The position numbers and the translations under genes were made by a program. 64,000 nucleotides of DNA, from the NCBI GenBank assembly GCA_951406725.2, contig OX597823.1, positions 72,354,001 through 72,418,000 of the forward strand, written 5' to 3'. The notes beneath the pieces were generated by a model. The model was not told the origin of the DNA. It did not search any database and saw only the letters and a program-made list of their open reading frames with translations. The DNA comes from Octopus vulgaris. Its lineage: Eukaryota. Every line of letters begins with the position of its first letter. Position 1 is the stretch's first letter. Positions 1-13,018 of the stretch are shown here, one piece after another.

Positions 1-365
1 AGACCCTGGCAAGAGGATCAACAGCTTCGATAGCAGAGTCCTAAGAACCATTGAGAACATTAGATGATACTATTACGTTTCCAATGAAGAACTGAGTCCA
101 GATCATCCTACCAAGGCCTTACTCTCATTCGACGCAGCAGTGGTGGTCTTGAAGAAGCCCTGAAGCAGGTCCCGCTCTAGTTAACTGGACGTGATTAAGG
201 GTCACCTCCAAATGCTTGACATCATGGAGGATGCAGACAGGCTGACACAAGACCACCAGCGATGGGGAGTACTGGTGGGCTTGGTTGTCTCTATTTACGA
301 TGACACTTCTGGGACCACTAATGTGGGACGACCACAGCCCCATCAATCAAGAGCATGAAGCGAAC
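1..365 (+). mobile_element. 3' remnant of an RTE-clade non-LTR retrotransposon (degenerate, cut by window edge)
   Basis: Manual translation gives LARRINSFDSRVLRTIENIR*..YVSNEEL and KKP*SRSRSS*LDVIKGHL, resembling RTE C-terminal motifs (RI.AF...CLR.I..IRW...VSNEE; RPRGRP..RW.D.I..DL). In-frame stops present. Confidence 0.6.
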
Positions 366-489
366 TATTTTCGGGGTACCAAAACCTGAACAAATACTTG
401 CTTAGGTTTTCGAGAGTTAAACGATTTTCCCAATCCACTATCCTTAATAGTAATAACAACAATAATTATGATGATAATAAAAAAAAAAT

Positions 490-740
490 AAATGCGCCCT
501 TTTAAACCCTAGCCTGGCTCATGGGCCTAGTTTCTCGGTTTTTATGGCGTATGTGTTCCCCAGCTGGATGGGACGCCAGTCCATCGCAGCGTTACTCATT
601 TTTGCCAGCTGAGTGGGCTGGAGCAACGTGAAATGAAGTGTTTTGCTCAAGAACACAATGTATCGCCCGGTCCAGGAATCGAAACCCCAATCTTACGATC
701 ATGATGCTGACACCCTAACTACTAAGCCACGCGCCTCCAC
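490..740 (-). mobile_element. tRNA-derived SINE (family A)
   Basis: Minus strand begins GTGGAGGCGCGTGGCTTAGTAGTTAGG (A box) then GGTTTCGATTCC (B box). A close paralogue lies at 24783-25033. Confidence 0.85.
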
Positions 741-1439
741 TGATGATAATAATAATAATGATAATAATTGTAACAACAACAACAATAACAAAAACAGCAT
801 CAATGAAGAGAAAAATATAAAATATACGTAAAAAACTTTCTTCACTCAGTAAAACAAAAAAATATTAGGAACAGATGAGAGATAAAGAAAATGCAAAAAA
901 AAAAAAGAAATGAAAAAAAGTATAAGTGAAGTCGTGCTTTATTAGATACTTTAAATACAAGAAACGCTTCCATGAGACTACATTATCTGAAACTGATGCC
1001 GTAACATTCCACTGAGAAATACGCAGAGAAGCATAATTCTTGATAGCAACCAAAACCAAGAGGAATCAAGTGTAATCGAAGAATCTATACAAGGTAAGGC
1101 TTCAACACAACTAAACGCCACATCAGAAGAATACAATAATAGCACCGTAGTCATGTTCTATGATATTCAGCGAAAAGAATCTATCAGTGCAATAAAATCT
1201 GCTAACAATTACGAAGCTGTTAGTATTGATAAATTCACGATTTCTGACAAAGAGCACAATTGTTCTGAAGCTTTGGCAACAGCATCCGATAAATTGCTGA
1301 ACGACTCGGAAGGAATATCTGGCTGTTTAGAGGAAAAGACAATATTGATTCCCACAAATAACCAGCTACAGATCTATGAAACAGCATCTATAGATCTATA
1401 ATGTTTTGTAAAGAATATAAAACCATTGTGTAAAATACT

Positions 1440-1900
1440 CTAAAAGGCTGAGGATCTGAAATGGGAAGAAAATGGTACGAGCATCAACCAGAAAAGGTAA
1501 TAGAGAACAACCAGTATAAGGTTTTATGAGATTTTAATATACAGACTGATTGCGAAATTAATGCCAGAAGAACCAAATAATTATGGATTTTGACAAGGGG
1601 AAAAGTGCATTACCACAGATATGGTTATATTTGTGGATATGAATGTAGCAGTCAAAGAGGAAGCGAAAATAAGAAAATACTAAGATTTGGCTAGAGAACT
1701 ACAACGACGACGACGACGACTATGGGGGGTTTCTACAATAGTAATCGCAGTTCTTATAGGTACCCTTGATACTGTCGCTAACAGACTTAACAGTTCCCTT
1801 ATTGAGGTTGGTGCAAGTATCAGTGTTGCATAATTCGGAAATCTGCGAAACTTGGAGCGACACTGTGGCACACATTGTAGCAGAATGACCCAAGATAACA
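1440..1900 (+). mobile_element. Degenerate 3' end (RLE domain) of an R4/Dong non-LTR element
   Basis: Frameshifted motifs PEKVIENNQYKVL.DFNIQTD.EINARR, KEEAKIRKY*DLARELQR, VIAVLIGTL. Confidence 0.7.
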
Positions 1901-1949
1901 CAAGAGGAATATAAAAAACAACGAATATAAAAACACTGGAAAACTGTGA

Positions 1950-2503
1950 CAGAAATTGGGATTTGAAGCTGGAAACACATGGCACAATCATCGAGTCGAA
2001 AGGGTACTAGAGTCGGAGAAATGTAAGGTTTTGTTGAACTTTCCTATTCAAACGGACATGAAGTTAGAAAAGATTAGACCGGACATAATTATTGATGAAG
2101 AAAAGCAAAGTTACGTACTAATCAACCTATCATGTCCGTTTGTTTCCAGTATCGTAAAGAAAGAGAAAGAAAAACAAAAACAAAAAAAAAACAATCCCTT
2201 AAAATTTGAAATTGGAAGAATTAGGAACAGGAAAAGTTGTGCCTATAATAATTTTTATAATAATTATAATTGGTGCGTTGGGAACAGTAAAGAAAGATAT
2301 AGACAAATGGGTGGAGGAGATTGAAATAGAATGCCCGATAGAGATCCTACAGAAAGTTCGTCTTTTAGGGATAGCAAGAATTATCAAGAGGGATCTAAGC
2401 ACTTGAAATACAGCTGAAAACTTGTGGATACCTAAAGTTAAAGGTAGTAACAGCTACCCACATGAATCCTAGCAGGTATAAGACCGAGCCTGACCCAAAC
2501 CAA
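1950..2503 (+). mobile_element. 5'-truncated R4/Dong element, RLE domain plus 3' UTR, ending in (AAT)n
   Basis: ORFs 1956-2324 and 2206-2406 give WHNHRVERVLESEKCKVLLNFPIQTDMKLEKIRPDIII and IIIGALGTV...LQKVRLLGIARII, the RPD-type restriction-like endonuclease C-terminus. Confidence 0.8.
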
Positions 2504-2504
2504 C

Positions 2505-2554
<50 letters not shown>

Positions 2555-2555
<1 letters not shown>

Positions 2556-3016
2556 CTTAACTGATTGGAAGTGTTATCATGTACATTGTTTTGTCAAATA
2601 TTCTGCTCAATACCACAGATTTGCTTGTCAGTTGTTTGACCATAACCAGTTGAGCATGTCCCTTAGTGGCTGACGATATGTGCATCTCTGATCACGAGCA
2701 GAAGTAGTGGGGGAGCATCATAGCCATGTGTTGAGAGGGATTCTTTGGGGTTTGAATAATTCACCTCTGGAAACATGGGTGGTTCTTTCAACATCCTTAA
2801 ACAACCCTTATTCAGGGACCTGAAGAAAATTCTAACTGGGCCCCACCTGCAAGGTCATGTGCTGTTTATCTTGATATGAGATCACCATGTCGCGCACATA
2901 TGGTTGTGATGAATGTGCCTGGTGTACCTTTATCAGACGGGTAGTCATGATGGGTATATTGGGCTTCGTATATTTTACCCCAGTGTCACTTTGATGGCTG
3001 CACTGCTCTCTCACTC

Positions 3017-3017
<1 letters not shown>
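2555..3017 (+). repeat. Non-coding interspersed segment bounded by (AAT)n on both sides; probable 3' UTR/tail of a microsatellite-targeting retroelement
   Basis: More GC-rich than flanks, sharp boundaries at AAT arrays 2504-2554 and 3018-3072, no credible ORF. Confidence 0.5.
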
Positions 3018-3070
<53 letters not shown>

Positions 3071-3589
3071 AATGAGATCACAGCAAATAACAAATATGAC
3101 GGACGTGTAAGAGCGAGCTCCGTGCGAAGTTGGACAAAATCTGTGATCATCGGCAAACGTGATTTAAGAAACAGCAAAAATATGATAAAAATTGTTACTT
3201 AACGTAAATTATTTCAGGACAACGAAATATTTCTTTGATATATGAAACGTAGTTGCTGTCGCGCACGTTGTCACATAAAGACAAGTGTATGAAAATGTAA
3301 ACGACACGCAGAGATGCGATTTGCCTTTACAAGAATTGAGGAAATACGCTAGAATTCGATGCCGCTACAGTAAAATACTGTGATTACAAATAATAATCGT
3401 ATATGCAGTCTCATTTCAACACAAATACACATAAATGTAATGTTTATGATACACACATGCACTCGTACATTTCATATATAAACAAGACAACGTAGAACAC
3501 AGTGTTTAAACAAATTAAAAGAGACACATGATAATAAGAATAAATATAAAATATAATACGTCTCATTTTAAATAGAGAAAAAAACCAGA

Positions 3590-4182
3590 TATGCTCGAAA
3601 ATAAAACTTCGAAAACAAATAAAGGCGAATTTTTAATTATGAGCATGAGGCGCTCGAGATACGAGAACGAAAATAACGTACTATTAGAGACGGTGGTCTA
3701 CCAAAAAATTAGCTCTGAACAGGCAGACCCCTCTCCTAGTGTCACTGTCCAAGCGAAATACAAAACTAAAAGGGAAGGGCGGACAGATGACGTCAGTAGT
3801 TGGAGCAAAAATAGCATCTCAAGACGGTTACAATACCAGTGATTGTAGGAACACTTGAAATGACCAGTAAAGAAACTGAAAATTATTTAAGAATGAACCC
3901 TGGATTACCATTCATACAAGAAGCGTAAAATATTGCCTTAACAGGTACGTCACACGTATTGAGAAGAGCATTGTCGCTGTGAATTTTCTTTCCTTTTTTT
4001 GCCATTTATTTTCTTTGTTTACTTTTATATTTTACATTCTTTTTTCTCTGTCTTTCTTCCACATGTTTCTATCACATGACTTTGTAATTGAACAATTTGG
4101 TGAGATTATTTTAATGGCCAACAAATGTATACAGTGCCTGTTCTACCTTAGGTGTCAGGAAGTCGTCAGGGAATCTAAGTGA
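3590..4182 (+). mobile_element. Short R4/Dong derivative: structured 5' motif joined to terminal RLE codons and 3' UTR
   Basis: 3840-3980 encodes IVGTLEMTSKETENYLRMNPGLPFIQEA*NIALTGTSHVLRRALSL. Upstream 3688-3756 resembles 49050-49117. Confidence 0.55.
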
Positions 4183-4189
4183 TCAACTT

Positions 4190-6150
4190 CAGGATTGCCT
4201 TAATGGAGGAATAATACCAGATTAGATGAATAGAGAAAGAAGAATGTATCCCATGAAAGACAAAAGCAAGAGTAATATAGCTAGCAATTATTGACCATTA
4301 ACTTGCTTACCTTTAGGGTGGAAGATGTTAACAGAAATGCTTTCAGAAAGCATTTCTGAATTTACTAGAATTTACTGCCAGAAGAACAGAAAGGTTACCG
4401 GAAGGAGGTTAGAGGAATGCATGATCTATTATACATAGACAAAGTGTTTCAAAATGAATAAAAACTAGAAACAAAAATCTTACAATAGAATGGATAGATT
4501 ATAGGAAAGACTATGACATGATCCCGCGCGTATAGATAAGGTAATATCCGAATATATTCAGTAAAGAAGCCAGCATAAGAGAACTGATTAGCTGTTGCAT
4601 GAAGAAATGGACACTAGACACAGTTTAGTATAAGTTAATATCAAGAGAATAATTTTCCAAGTAGACTCGTTATCCTCTTTAATATTTGTCTTATGCTTGA
4701 ACGCCTCAGTGTAGTATCAAAAAAAGTCAAAGGCAGAAATAGTAAGGGAAATATTTACCATTTGCTGTACATGGATCATCTGAAGCTTTTTAGTAAGTAT
4801 TAAAAAGAAATAGATTCCTTAATACAGGTTGTAAGTCTATTTAGCAAAGACATAGTTATGGAATTTGGCATAGATACGTGTGTAATACTAGTCATGAAAA
4901 CGGCACTGGTAGTCAACACTGAAGGCGTCTAATTACCGGATGACCAGACATTAGAATCATTGGAAGGAGAGAGTCAAAAGTATGTAGGAGTATTAGAATC
5001 TGACAGCACTAATTATAGAAACACAAGCGAAAATTGAGGAGTACATCAGAAGAGTCAGGAAGCTAATGAAGTCTGAATGAAGCTAAATGGTCCAAATCTA
5101 GTGATGGCTTTAAATACTTGGGCAGTATCATTACTTAGATACTCAGTAGCTTTTGTAGATTGGACGAAAAGTAAATTAGCAGAGCTAGGTAGAACTAGGA
5201 AAGGATTCAATATGAATGGAGGTCTCCATCCAAGGAGTAATATTATACTTACTTAAAAAGGAAGGTAGAAGAGGGTTAATATCAGCAGAAGACTGCGTTG
5301 AGTTAACTAGATTAGATATAGACTCCTATGAAGGTAATAGTGAAGAAAGCTTATTTATAGATGCTAGTCACAACAAGACATAGGGAATCAAAAACACCAA
5401 ACCAACTTAGAAATCAGAAAAAAGAACAGAAATTATCTGAATGGCAAGCGGTGTTTCGTGGTAGATTCTCAAAGATAGTTGTGGCAAATAGTAATAGTGA
5501 AACATGGTTATGGATGCAGAAAGAAAACTTGAAAAGTGATACAGAAGGTTTGTTCGTAGCTGCATACGATCAGGCACTAAGAACTAATTGGATAAAAGAC
5601 CAGATAGACAAAAACCAAGTAGATTCCCAATGTAGGCTATGCAAATGAAAAAAGGAAAGCGTTACTCATGCAGTAAGTGATTGTTGCGTGCTGGCACAGA
5701 TAGAATACAGGAAAATAATGATATCCTAGTGAGTGTAATTCACTGAGAGTTATTACCGATAAATGGTATGAACATGAACCTAATAAAGTACTAGAAATTA
5801 AGAAATAGAAGAATTGGGATTTTAACATTCAAACTTACAGAGTAATAGAAGCTAGAGGGCTTGATTTAGTAGCAGTAGATAAAGAGAATAGAAAGAGAAA
5901 GATAAATAAGTTTACAGTCCCAAATGATGACAAATTCAATATGAGAAGTACTGAAAAAATAACAAAGTACTAGGACGTAGCCGTTGAATTACAGGGACTA
6001 TGGTACGTGAGGATAAAATGTAGTTATAGGTAGTTATAGGTGCATTAGGAAATATCTCTAAAGATCTGCACGGATGGATAGAGGAAATAGGCATAACACC
6101 AAAATTTAGTATAGCTCCAGAAAGCAGTGTTATTAAGAACAGCTAGGATA
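4190..6150 (+). mobile_element. Degenerate R4/Dong element: RT + zinc knuckle + RLE (pseudogene)
   Basis: Disrupted motifs LPEEQKGYRK, HDLLYIDK, WIDYRKDYDMIP, IFQVDSLSSLIF, HLLYMDHLKLF, FGIDTC, LKSDTEGLFVAAYDQALRT, CRLC, VIGALG. Confidence 0.85.
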
Positions 6151-6445
6151 CAGGAGTCAAAATATTGAGAAAGTAATTAGGATTAATAATACTCAATATT
6201 GGATATGAATAACGTTCGTCCATCGTAAATCTATAGTAACTCTATTTTTTATATAGTAAAATCACTGCGTTTTCTTTTGAATTCCAATATTGCTGGGATT
6301 AACATTACGTTGCATCGATTTGTCATCTGTATATATATATATATATATATATACATTTACATATATATATATATATACATAAAACTTAACTAAGATATGT
6401 TTCGACTAAAGTTTATGATACACGCACACACACAAACACACAGAC

Positions 6446-6518
<73 letters not shown>

Positions 6519-7139
6519 TGTAATTATGTATGTATACGTACCTTCGAAGTATTGTGTGTCTAATTGACAATACACTGCTCTAAAATATGTAGACGTATGC
6601 CTATATCAGAAATTGATGTCAAAATTTGACTTGCTCTATAGCTCACATATTTTCTTAGGAACTGTAAAATTTTTATATTCATAGCCTGGCAATACATCAT
6701 AATGCAAGCAACAGCCAAGCACAGAACATTATTTCACATAAGAACAAAAATATTTCTAATGTAATAATACGGCTGCATTCAATAATTCAAATGGAAGCCT
6801 TCATTAACTAGAATATTAGTGTTTAAATTTTATCTTTATTTCCATTCACAATTATTTGCTCGACAAATAGGATGCTCATAATTCTCTTTATCACTAACAG
6901 AAACGCATCCATATTCATAATTCTATGCATGAATATAGCCACCTGAGCGGATTTCTATTTCTGACAACTTTGCATTTGCTAACCATTTCGATGTCATTAG
7001 AATACAGTTCACGCTGAACACCCTACTACATGATCATACACATACACGCATGGGTATAATAAATGATTATTAGGATGATATTCATGACAACCCTTAACTC
7101 TACACATACTTCCGTAACATTATTAGCAACGATATGCGC

Positions 7140-7345
7140 GCGAGGCAGCGAGTTGTTAAAATCGTAAGACCGCAAAAACGGACAAAATGCTTCGCAGCAT
7201 TCCGCTCGTTTTCACGTTCTCGGTTCAAATTCTACTGAGGTTGACTTTGCCTTTCATCATAAGTACTAGTCAAACACTGCTGTCGATGACTTACTCCCTC
7301 CCCTAAAATTGTTGACCTTTTGCCTAAAGTTTGAAACCAATAATG
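7140..7345 (+). mobile_element. Degenerate SINE (family B, Nin/DeuSINE-like core)
   Basis: GGTTCAAATTCTACTGAGGTTGACTTTGCCTTTCATC core shared with 37598-38030. Confidence 0.7.
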
Positions 7346-7936
7346 ATATACACATACACAAATATTTATACGTGGATTCACACACACAAACAACCAAATA
7401 TAAATATATATAAAAATACGTAATTTTCCAATAAAAATCAATGATATATCTTAAACTAATAACACGAAATATCTTAACAAATATATTCTGTTAACTAAAT
7501 CTGTAAACTATTTTTATTGAAAAATTACGTATTTTTTTTATATATATATATATATATTTCCCTACAGGATAATATACGTATATTTATTTATTTAATTATT
7601 TTATTATTTTTTATCTTGGACCTGAAGAGGGACTATATTTAAAGTGAAATGATTTTACTGCTATCAGTTTGAAAATACACGTGTAGTCTTTTTACTAATT
7701 ATATACTATTTATTTCTTATTTTGTACTTTGCTTAATTATAGGTATATATTTTATCGTATATTTAATTTTTTCTATATTGTAAGATTTAATTATATCATT
7801 GTTGAATTGCTACATGGCGGTTCGTCTCTAATTTATATACGTATATCATATATTGTAAAATTTGATTTAGTGTTACCAAATTGAATTTTTTCCCTGTAAG
7901 TTTGGAATCATTTCCCCTCATATTATTATTATTATT

Positions 7937-8782
7937 CAGTAGTTTTATTTTTATAGCGTGCTTTCACTTCACTACCGAGCGCAGCTCTGTGTGCCTTGGG
8001 TATGTGCTGTGATTTGTTGTGATGCTCTGATGGTTATTGTATGGAAAGTGTTCTGCGTAAGATGTGTGCAGTGCCTAGTAGTGCAATTTTCTGTATGTTA
8101 TATGTGTTTGTAAGTCCTGGTGTTTTTGTTATGTATTTGTCTGAATATTTTTTTATCATGCCTAATGCACCTACTATGATAGGAATTGTTTCTGCTTTCA
8201 GATTCCACATTCTGGTTACCTCTATTTCCAGGTCTTCGTATTTTGAGAGTTTCTCCATTTCTTTTAGAGACACGTTGTCATCTGCCGGTATTGATACATC
8301 AATTAGAAAACATTGTTTTTCTTCATGATCTCCGACAACTATATCTGGCCTGTTGGCCTTAATTTCTCTATCTGTGTGTATCGGCATATCCCAGAGTATG
8401 GTTGCTTTCTCGTTTTCTGTGACCTTTTCTGGTGTGTGCCTATACCATCTTTTTTCTGTTGTTATTCCATAATGTTGGCATAGCTTCCAGTGTATGTAGG
8501 TTCCAACTCTGTCATGTCTGTGAATATATTCCTTCTTAGCCAGGACTGGGCAGCTAGAGATAATATGATTTATTGTTTCTTGTCCATCTCCACATATTCT
8601 GCAGTTACTTGTTATATTTCTTTTCATTACATGTTTTTGGTAATTTCTGGTGGGGAGGCTTTGGTCTTGTGCTGCAATTAAAAATCCCCCTGTCTCTGCT
8701 TTGAGTCCTGAGCTTCTCAACCATTGCTGGGATTTTTCTTTGTCTATTTCTTTTGCGTTTAGTTTAGTCCAGTATTTACCAC
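7937..8782 (-). mobile_element. Young 5'-truncated R4/Dong element (CCHC + RLE, open frame) inserted in (TAA)n
   Basis: ORF 8034-8948; the real part starts ~8782 and the N-terminus is microsatellite. Motifs: LKAETGGFLIAAQDQSLPT, CRICG..ETINHIISSC, HRHDRV, NRPDIVV, LIDVSIP, EKLSKY, IIVGALG. TTA repeats on both sides. Confidence 0.92.
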
Positions 8783-8821
<39 letters not shown>

Positions 8822-8827
8822 CATTAT

Positions 8828-8897
<70 letters not shown>

Positions 8898-9118
8898 GAT
8901 TATCTCCACGCGATGAGTTGTAATATATATCAGAAATTTTAACATCATTTTTGATATATCTTGTATTGCGTTTGTCGACCGGTTTGACTTTCGCTATTCA
9001 TAATATTGTAATTCATTTAAAAACGTATTTTCTTAAGAAACGTTTTGATTTTGGTTCATGTTGTGTGTGAAATTTACGAGTGAATGATTCAACAACCAGT
9101 ATATATATATCAACAATA

Positions 9119-9159
<41 letters not shown>

Positions 9160-9664
9160 GATAGATAGATAGATAGATACATACATACATACATACATAG
9201 ATACATACATACATACATGCATACATACGTACGTACATACATGCATACATACATGCATACATACATACGTACGTAATTACATACATACATATATACATAC
9301 ATTCATACATATATTGTATTATTCTAATAATCTCTCTCAGCCAGGGGCTCTCACCATGCTGAGCTTCTATATAAAAATAAACATTACATCGAGTCATTCA
9401 ATAATATTTGGTAGAGTAATATTTGAAATGTCTTATTTTTTCTTCACGGCCAATGTTAAGCAATCTATTATGGTTCTCTAGATACCACAGAATGATTACG
9501 CCAAACCTATTTTCAGTTACATTACTCTTCCCAGAGGATAATCCCCAAACAATTAGATTTAAGAGTTAGAAAATCAAAGTTATTTACAGCATATTTAATG
9601 CTACATATTTCAATCTTTGAAGCAAGTGTCAACGTTTTCCTTGTAAAAATAACACCCACCTACA

Positions 9665-9776
<112 letters not shown>

Positions 9777-10369
9777 GAGAGGCAGACTGATAGAGAGATA
9801 GATTGATCGATATGTCTGTCTATCTCTCTGATTTGCTAGCAGCAGATTTGTGGGTATATGTATAAATTCACCTGTATGTATATGAGTTTATATACATACA
9901 AACATACATATATGTATATATTTAAAAGGTAAAAAATAGCTAATGACTTGATTTGTAGGCAGATATTTTGGTAACCAGATAAAGAGTTAAATAGATCGAC
10001 GTATGAATATGTATTGATAGATAGTTTGAAAGTACAGGCGGATCACGCCTACTTTGAAAAGACACGACTAAAAGGTATGCGAATTTTAAGAAGTATAAAT
10101 GGGCACACTGAAGGGGAGACAATAGATTTTGGAAAGGAAATATTATATGGGGTTTTCTGAATGAAACTATTTTGTTGTTTGTCTCTTTCGATACATATCA
10201 TCATAATTATTATCTTTCTTCATGTTTTCCTCACGTTTGATTTTTTCATCTTATTTTGAGTTCAGTAATTTAAATCCTAATCTAGGAATATCATCAATAG
10301 CTTTTTAATAGATTTTAATGACATTTTTAGTTTTCACCTTATCAATATATATCTTTCATCTTTATTTTT

Positions 10370-10740
10370 TTTTACTTGTTTCAGTTATTAGACTGCGACC
10401 ATGCCAGGGCACCAGCTTCAAGAATTCTTAGTCGAGTGGGTCGAACCCCAATACTTATATTTCTAAAGCATGCTACTTATTATATCTTAATTTTACCGAA
10501 CCTTTAAGTTACGGCGACGAAAACACACAAACAATGGTTGTCGAATAGAGGTAGTGGATCAAACAGACACAAGCACCCCACCACACACACGCACATGTGT
10601 ATGTGTGTGATACGACGGGATTCTTTTATATTTTGTCTAATAAATCCACTCACAAGGCTTTGGTAAGCCTAAGTTTATAGTAAAAGACACCTGCTCAAGA
10701 TGCCACAATGTGGGACTGAACCCGGTACCATAATTATGAA
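10370..10740 (-). mobile_element. tRNA-derived SINE (family C) with a CR1-like 3' tail
   Basis: Plus-strand TTACTTGTTTCAGTTATTAGACTGCGACCATGCCAGGGCACC (tail) and CACAATGTGGGACTGAACCCGG (B-box end). Relatives at 17050-17220, 32000-32365, 59680-59825, 60700-60855. Confidence 0.7.
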
Positions 10741-11449
10741 TTTTATTTTGTGGTTTCCTGTTGCTTTCTTTCAGTTTATTTACAACTTCTTTTGCTTGTT
10801 TCCTGTTCTCTTGAGCTAGACCTCCGAATACATACACCAACAGTCATACACTCACACATTTACACGCACCTTTACACACACAAAATTAGGGTTACATACG
10901 TAACCAAAATATCTATTCCTGTCATCCTTCACAACGAATGAAAATTACAGTTTTCGATTAGCAACCTTTCAAAGAACAAACAACCTCATCAAAATGATGA
11001 CGGAAAGAGGAATTGATCCAGAGAGCTCTTGCTCTGGGAACCAACTTATTAACTAACTACAATTGGTTTCATGATTTGTAGTGATATGCATTTATTTTCA
11101 TTAAAATGAGAATATTTTGTAATTGATACCACACTAAAAATGAAATACGTTATATGACAGGCAGAGAAAATTTGTCCAAAAAATGTTTACTGTGATTTAT
11201 ACAATTCCACAGCATTCGTCTATATGATTTTGATTTGTATAAAGTAATAGGACAGGAGGAATATATTTTTTTCTAAAACTGTTGCTATCAATAAAACACA
11301 CTTTTGTTATCAGATATGTTAAACTTTGCAAAATCTTCGCAAATCGCACTCTACTGTCTTGGGATTTGGAAAAGCTTTATTGGAAAATTTAGTCTCCTTT
11401 GTCTAAACTCAGATTTTATACACACTCAAATACAATCATGCTACTATCC

Positions 11450-11534
<85 letters not shown>

Positions 11535-11583
11535 CCTACCTACCTACCTATCTATCTATCTATCTATCTACATACCTACCTAC

Positions 11584-11641
<58 letters not shown>

Positions 11642-11730
11642 GCCAGTCTCCCTATCTGTCTGTCTGTAGATATATGCGTGTGTATTCCTATGAGTCTGTG
11701 TGTTTGTCTGTGTGTGCCTGTGTCTGCGTG

Positions 11731-13018
11731 TGCATGAGCTGAAAAAAGTTTACAAGCTAATTATGAAGGAGTGATACAAAAGCTGTGCGATCTTATATGC
11801 ATTTCTTTCATTCCTTCTTATTAATAACCACATTGTTTCTTTGCTAGTAAACTGACATCTAACTGTTTAAAGAATAGAATACTTCAAAAGTAACTAGTAG
11901 CAACTTCCCTTGAAAACGGACAAATTTTGGTACTCTGGTGGTGTTATCAAGTACCTGCAGAAAAATGAGTTTAGCCCCCAAAGACATTCATGCTGGGGTA
12001 ATTGCTACATTAAAGGACGACGCTCCAGCTTTATCAACAGTAAAACGTGGGTAGCTGAATTTTGGAGAGGAAATAAGAGTCTTGAAGATGACGCAAGGTC
12101 TGAACGTCCTGCATCTACTACCCACGAGGAAAACATTGATCATGTTCACTACATGGTGATTGATCATGTTCACTACAAGCGACCGACTATAAATCAAACA
12201 GCCAATGGTATTAGCATAGCCTGTGAGAAAGTTGAGAATATTGTGCACAATGAACTTGGCATGACGGACATTTTTGCTCAGTGGGTGTCACGTCTTCTGA
12301 CACATTTCAAAGCGTACCACGCTGATGACATCATGAGAAAATTTGATAATGTTTCAGTCAGATCCAGCTGGTTTCCTTGAACACCTAACCCCAGTTGAGT
12401 GTTAGGTTCATTACATTCACTTAACGGTACAAAAACAAGCCATGCAATGGAAAGACCACTCGCCTGCTCCAAAGCAGGCCAAGGTCGTTTCATCTGCAGG
12501 AAAGTAGTCACTTAAACTTTTTTGACATGCAAAAATCACTGTATTTATTGACTATCTTCAAACGGGTCACAACATCAATGGACAGTAGTATACTAACATG
12601 CTGATGCAGTTTTGAAAAGCTATCAAGACCAAACTACAGGAACGCGAAAGCGGCCTTGTTTCATCAGCACACAGTCCTTGGTTTTAATTGCTGCTGTGCA
12701 TGACTGCAGCTTCGAACTGGTTGATCACCCTCCATATTCTCATCATTTGGCCTCATTTGACTTTCATCTTTTACCCAATATGACAAAAAAAATTTGGATG
12801 GGAAGCAGTGTCGCATTGATGATGACGTCATATCTGCTCTTTTTGACTTTTTTAGCAACAGGAAGAAAGCTTATTCACTAATGGGATCCAAGCACTGCAA
12901 CACCAATGGAAGAAATGTGTGGACGGAAAGATGGACTATGTTGAAAACTAAACCTCATTTGGTTACATTCCATGAGAATATCTTGATCAGCTTATGAACT
13001 TTTCAGCCCACCCTCGTA
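11731..13018 (+). mobile_element. mariner (DD34D) DNA transposon, full-length but degenerate
   Basis: Motifs SLEDDARSERP, QWVSRLLT (WVPRLL) and DHPPYSHHLASFDFHLL (YSPDLAPSD). Right TIR CAGCTTATGAACTTTTCAGCCCACCCTCG+TA; degenerate left TIR GAGCTGAAAAAAGTTTACAAGCT. Frameshifts present. Confidence 0.88.

Noticed and set aside
8041-8328. Antisense ORFs over retroelements (also 45364-45978, 54828-55172, 57418-57666, 58267-58536)
   Set aside because: Shadow frames of RT/EN coding sequence.
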